Positions 63,510 to 64,000 of a stretch of DNA of 64,000 bases are shown one piece after another (position 1 is the stretch's first letter; each line of letters begins with the position of its first letter). A model generated the notes under the pieces. It saw nothing but the letters and a program-made list of their open reading frames with translations. It was not told where the DNA came from and ran no database searches. The stretch spans positions 9,440 to 73,439 of IMG/VR virus record IMGVR_UViG_3300033070_001154. One strand, written 5' to 3'. The position numbers and the translations under genes were made by a program. Source of the DNA: a virus (lineage: Duplodnaviria; Caudoviricetes).

Positions 63510-64000
63510 ATGGCTACTGAGATTCGCAATGTGTCTGTGGACCCGCTCACTCTTCCGAATCCTCTTCAGGGGACGTTGAAGGGCGGGGAGGCGATCGTTC
63601 TGAGCACGGCGACGGCGACGCTTCTGGCGTTGATCCCGTCTCTGGGGAGTTCGTTCCAGGTTCGCGACCTGGGTTCGGGCTACTCGGGGGAGACGCACGA
63701 CACGGAGTTCGGGCTGGACACTTCCGAGGCGGAGACCTTCTCGAACAAGACGCTGACGACCTGCTCCCTGGGTTCGGCCCTGATCTGCGGCTCGAACGAC
63801 ATCACGGGGGTTGGGATCCTGACCTCGCAGGTGGTCCGTGGTGCTGTGGCCAACCTCTCCCTGCGCCCCGCCGTGGCTGGTGGTACCGTCGAGATCACCA
63901 AGGCCGACGGCACCACCAAGGCGATCGAGAGCAACGCCACGGGCATCGGCTTCTACGGCGTCGCCCCGGTCGCGCGGCAGGTGCTCGCCACGGGCGGCGG
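63510..64000 (+). CDS. Virion structural protein (partial, runs off window)
   Basis: AAGGAG RBS, open frame MATEIRNVSVDPLTLPNPLQGTL..IGFYGVAPVARQ; starts the rightward block. Confidence 0.6.
   Translation, partial: MATEIRNVSVDPLTLPNPLQGTLKGGEAIVLSTATATLLALIPSLGSSFQVRDLGSGYSGETHDTEFGLDTSEAETFSNKTLTTCSLGSALICGSNDITGVGILTSQVVRGAVANLSLRPAVAGGTVEITKADGTTKAIESNATGIGFYGVAPVARQVLATGG

Overview
The whole window is part of one GC-rich, lytic-looking myovirus (contractile-tail phage) genome; no host genes, integrase, tRNA or CRISPR array were recognised. Layout: (i) 1-13.3 kb, + strand: tail sheath end, tube, assembly chaperone (probable -1 frameshift), tape measure, LysM initiator, hub, spike, wedge, fibres. 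(ii) 13.4-16.9 kb: lysis region with holin-like membrane proteins, a Cys-rich lipoprotein, two zinc metalloproteases and a GH25 endolysin, interrupted by a three-gene antisense operon. (iii) 17-61.1 kb, - strand: replication/recombination genes (Mre11/Rad50-like, gp32-like SSB, UvsY-like, UDG-fused family A polymerase with a mini-intein, HIRAN, primase, DnaB-like helicase with a LAGLIDADG intein, SF2 helicase), ParB-like and C5-methylase-like genes, a sigma factor, a MoxR-type AAA+/VWA pair and many small ORFs. (iv) 61.1-63.5 kb: a repeat-rich non-coding switch region, then a + strand structural gene running off the window. Best candidate for an undescribed system: about 12-14 small ORFs with unrelated N-termini share a C-terminal ~30-aa tail (W-x3-G-x-I-x3-E...A-x2-T-L-x-L-M-E/G). 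Most cluster around the AAA+/VWA pair, and an 18-aa translationally coupled ORF encodes little more than the end of that tail. A myxobacterial-type host is only inferred from GC content and lipoprotein style. All family assignments are by-eye motif recognition; no database searches were run.
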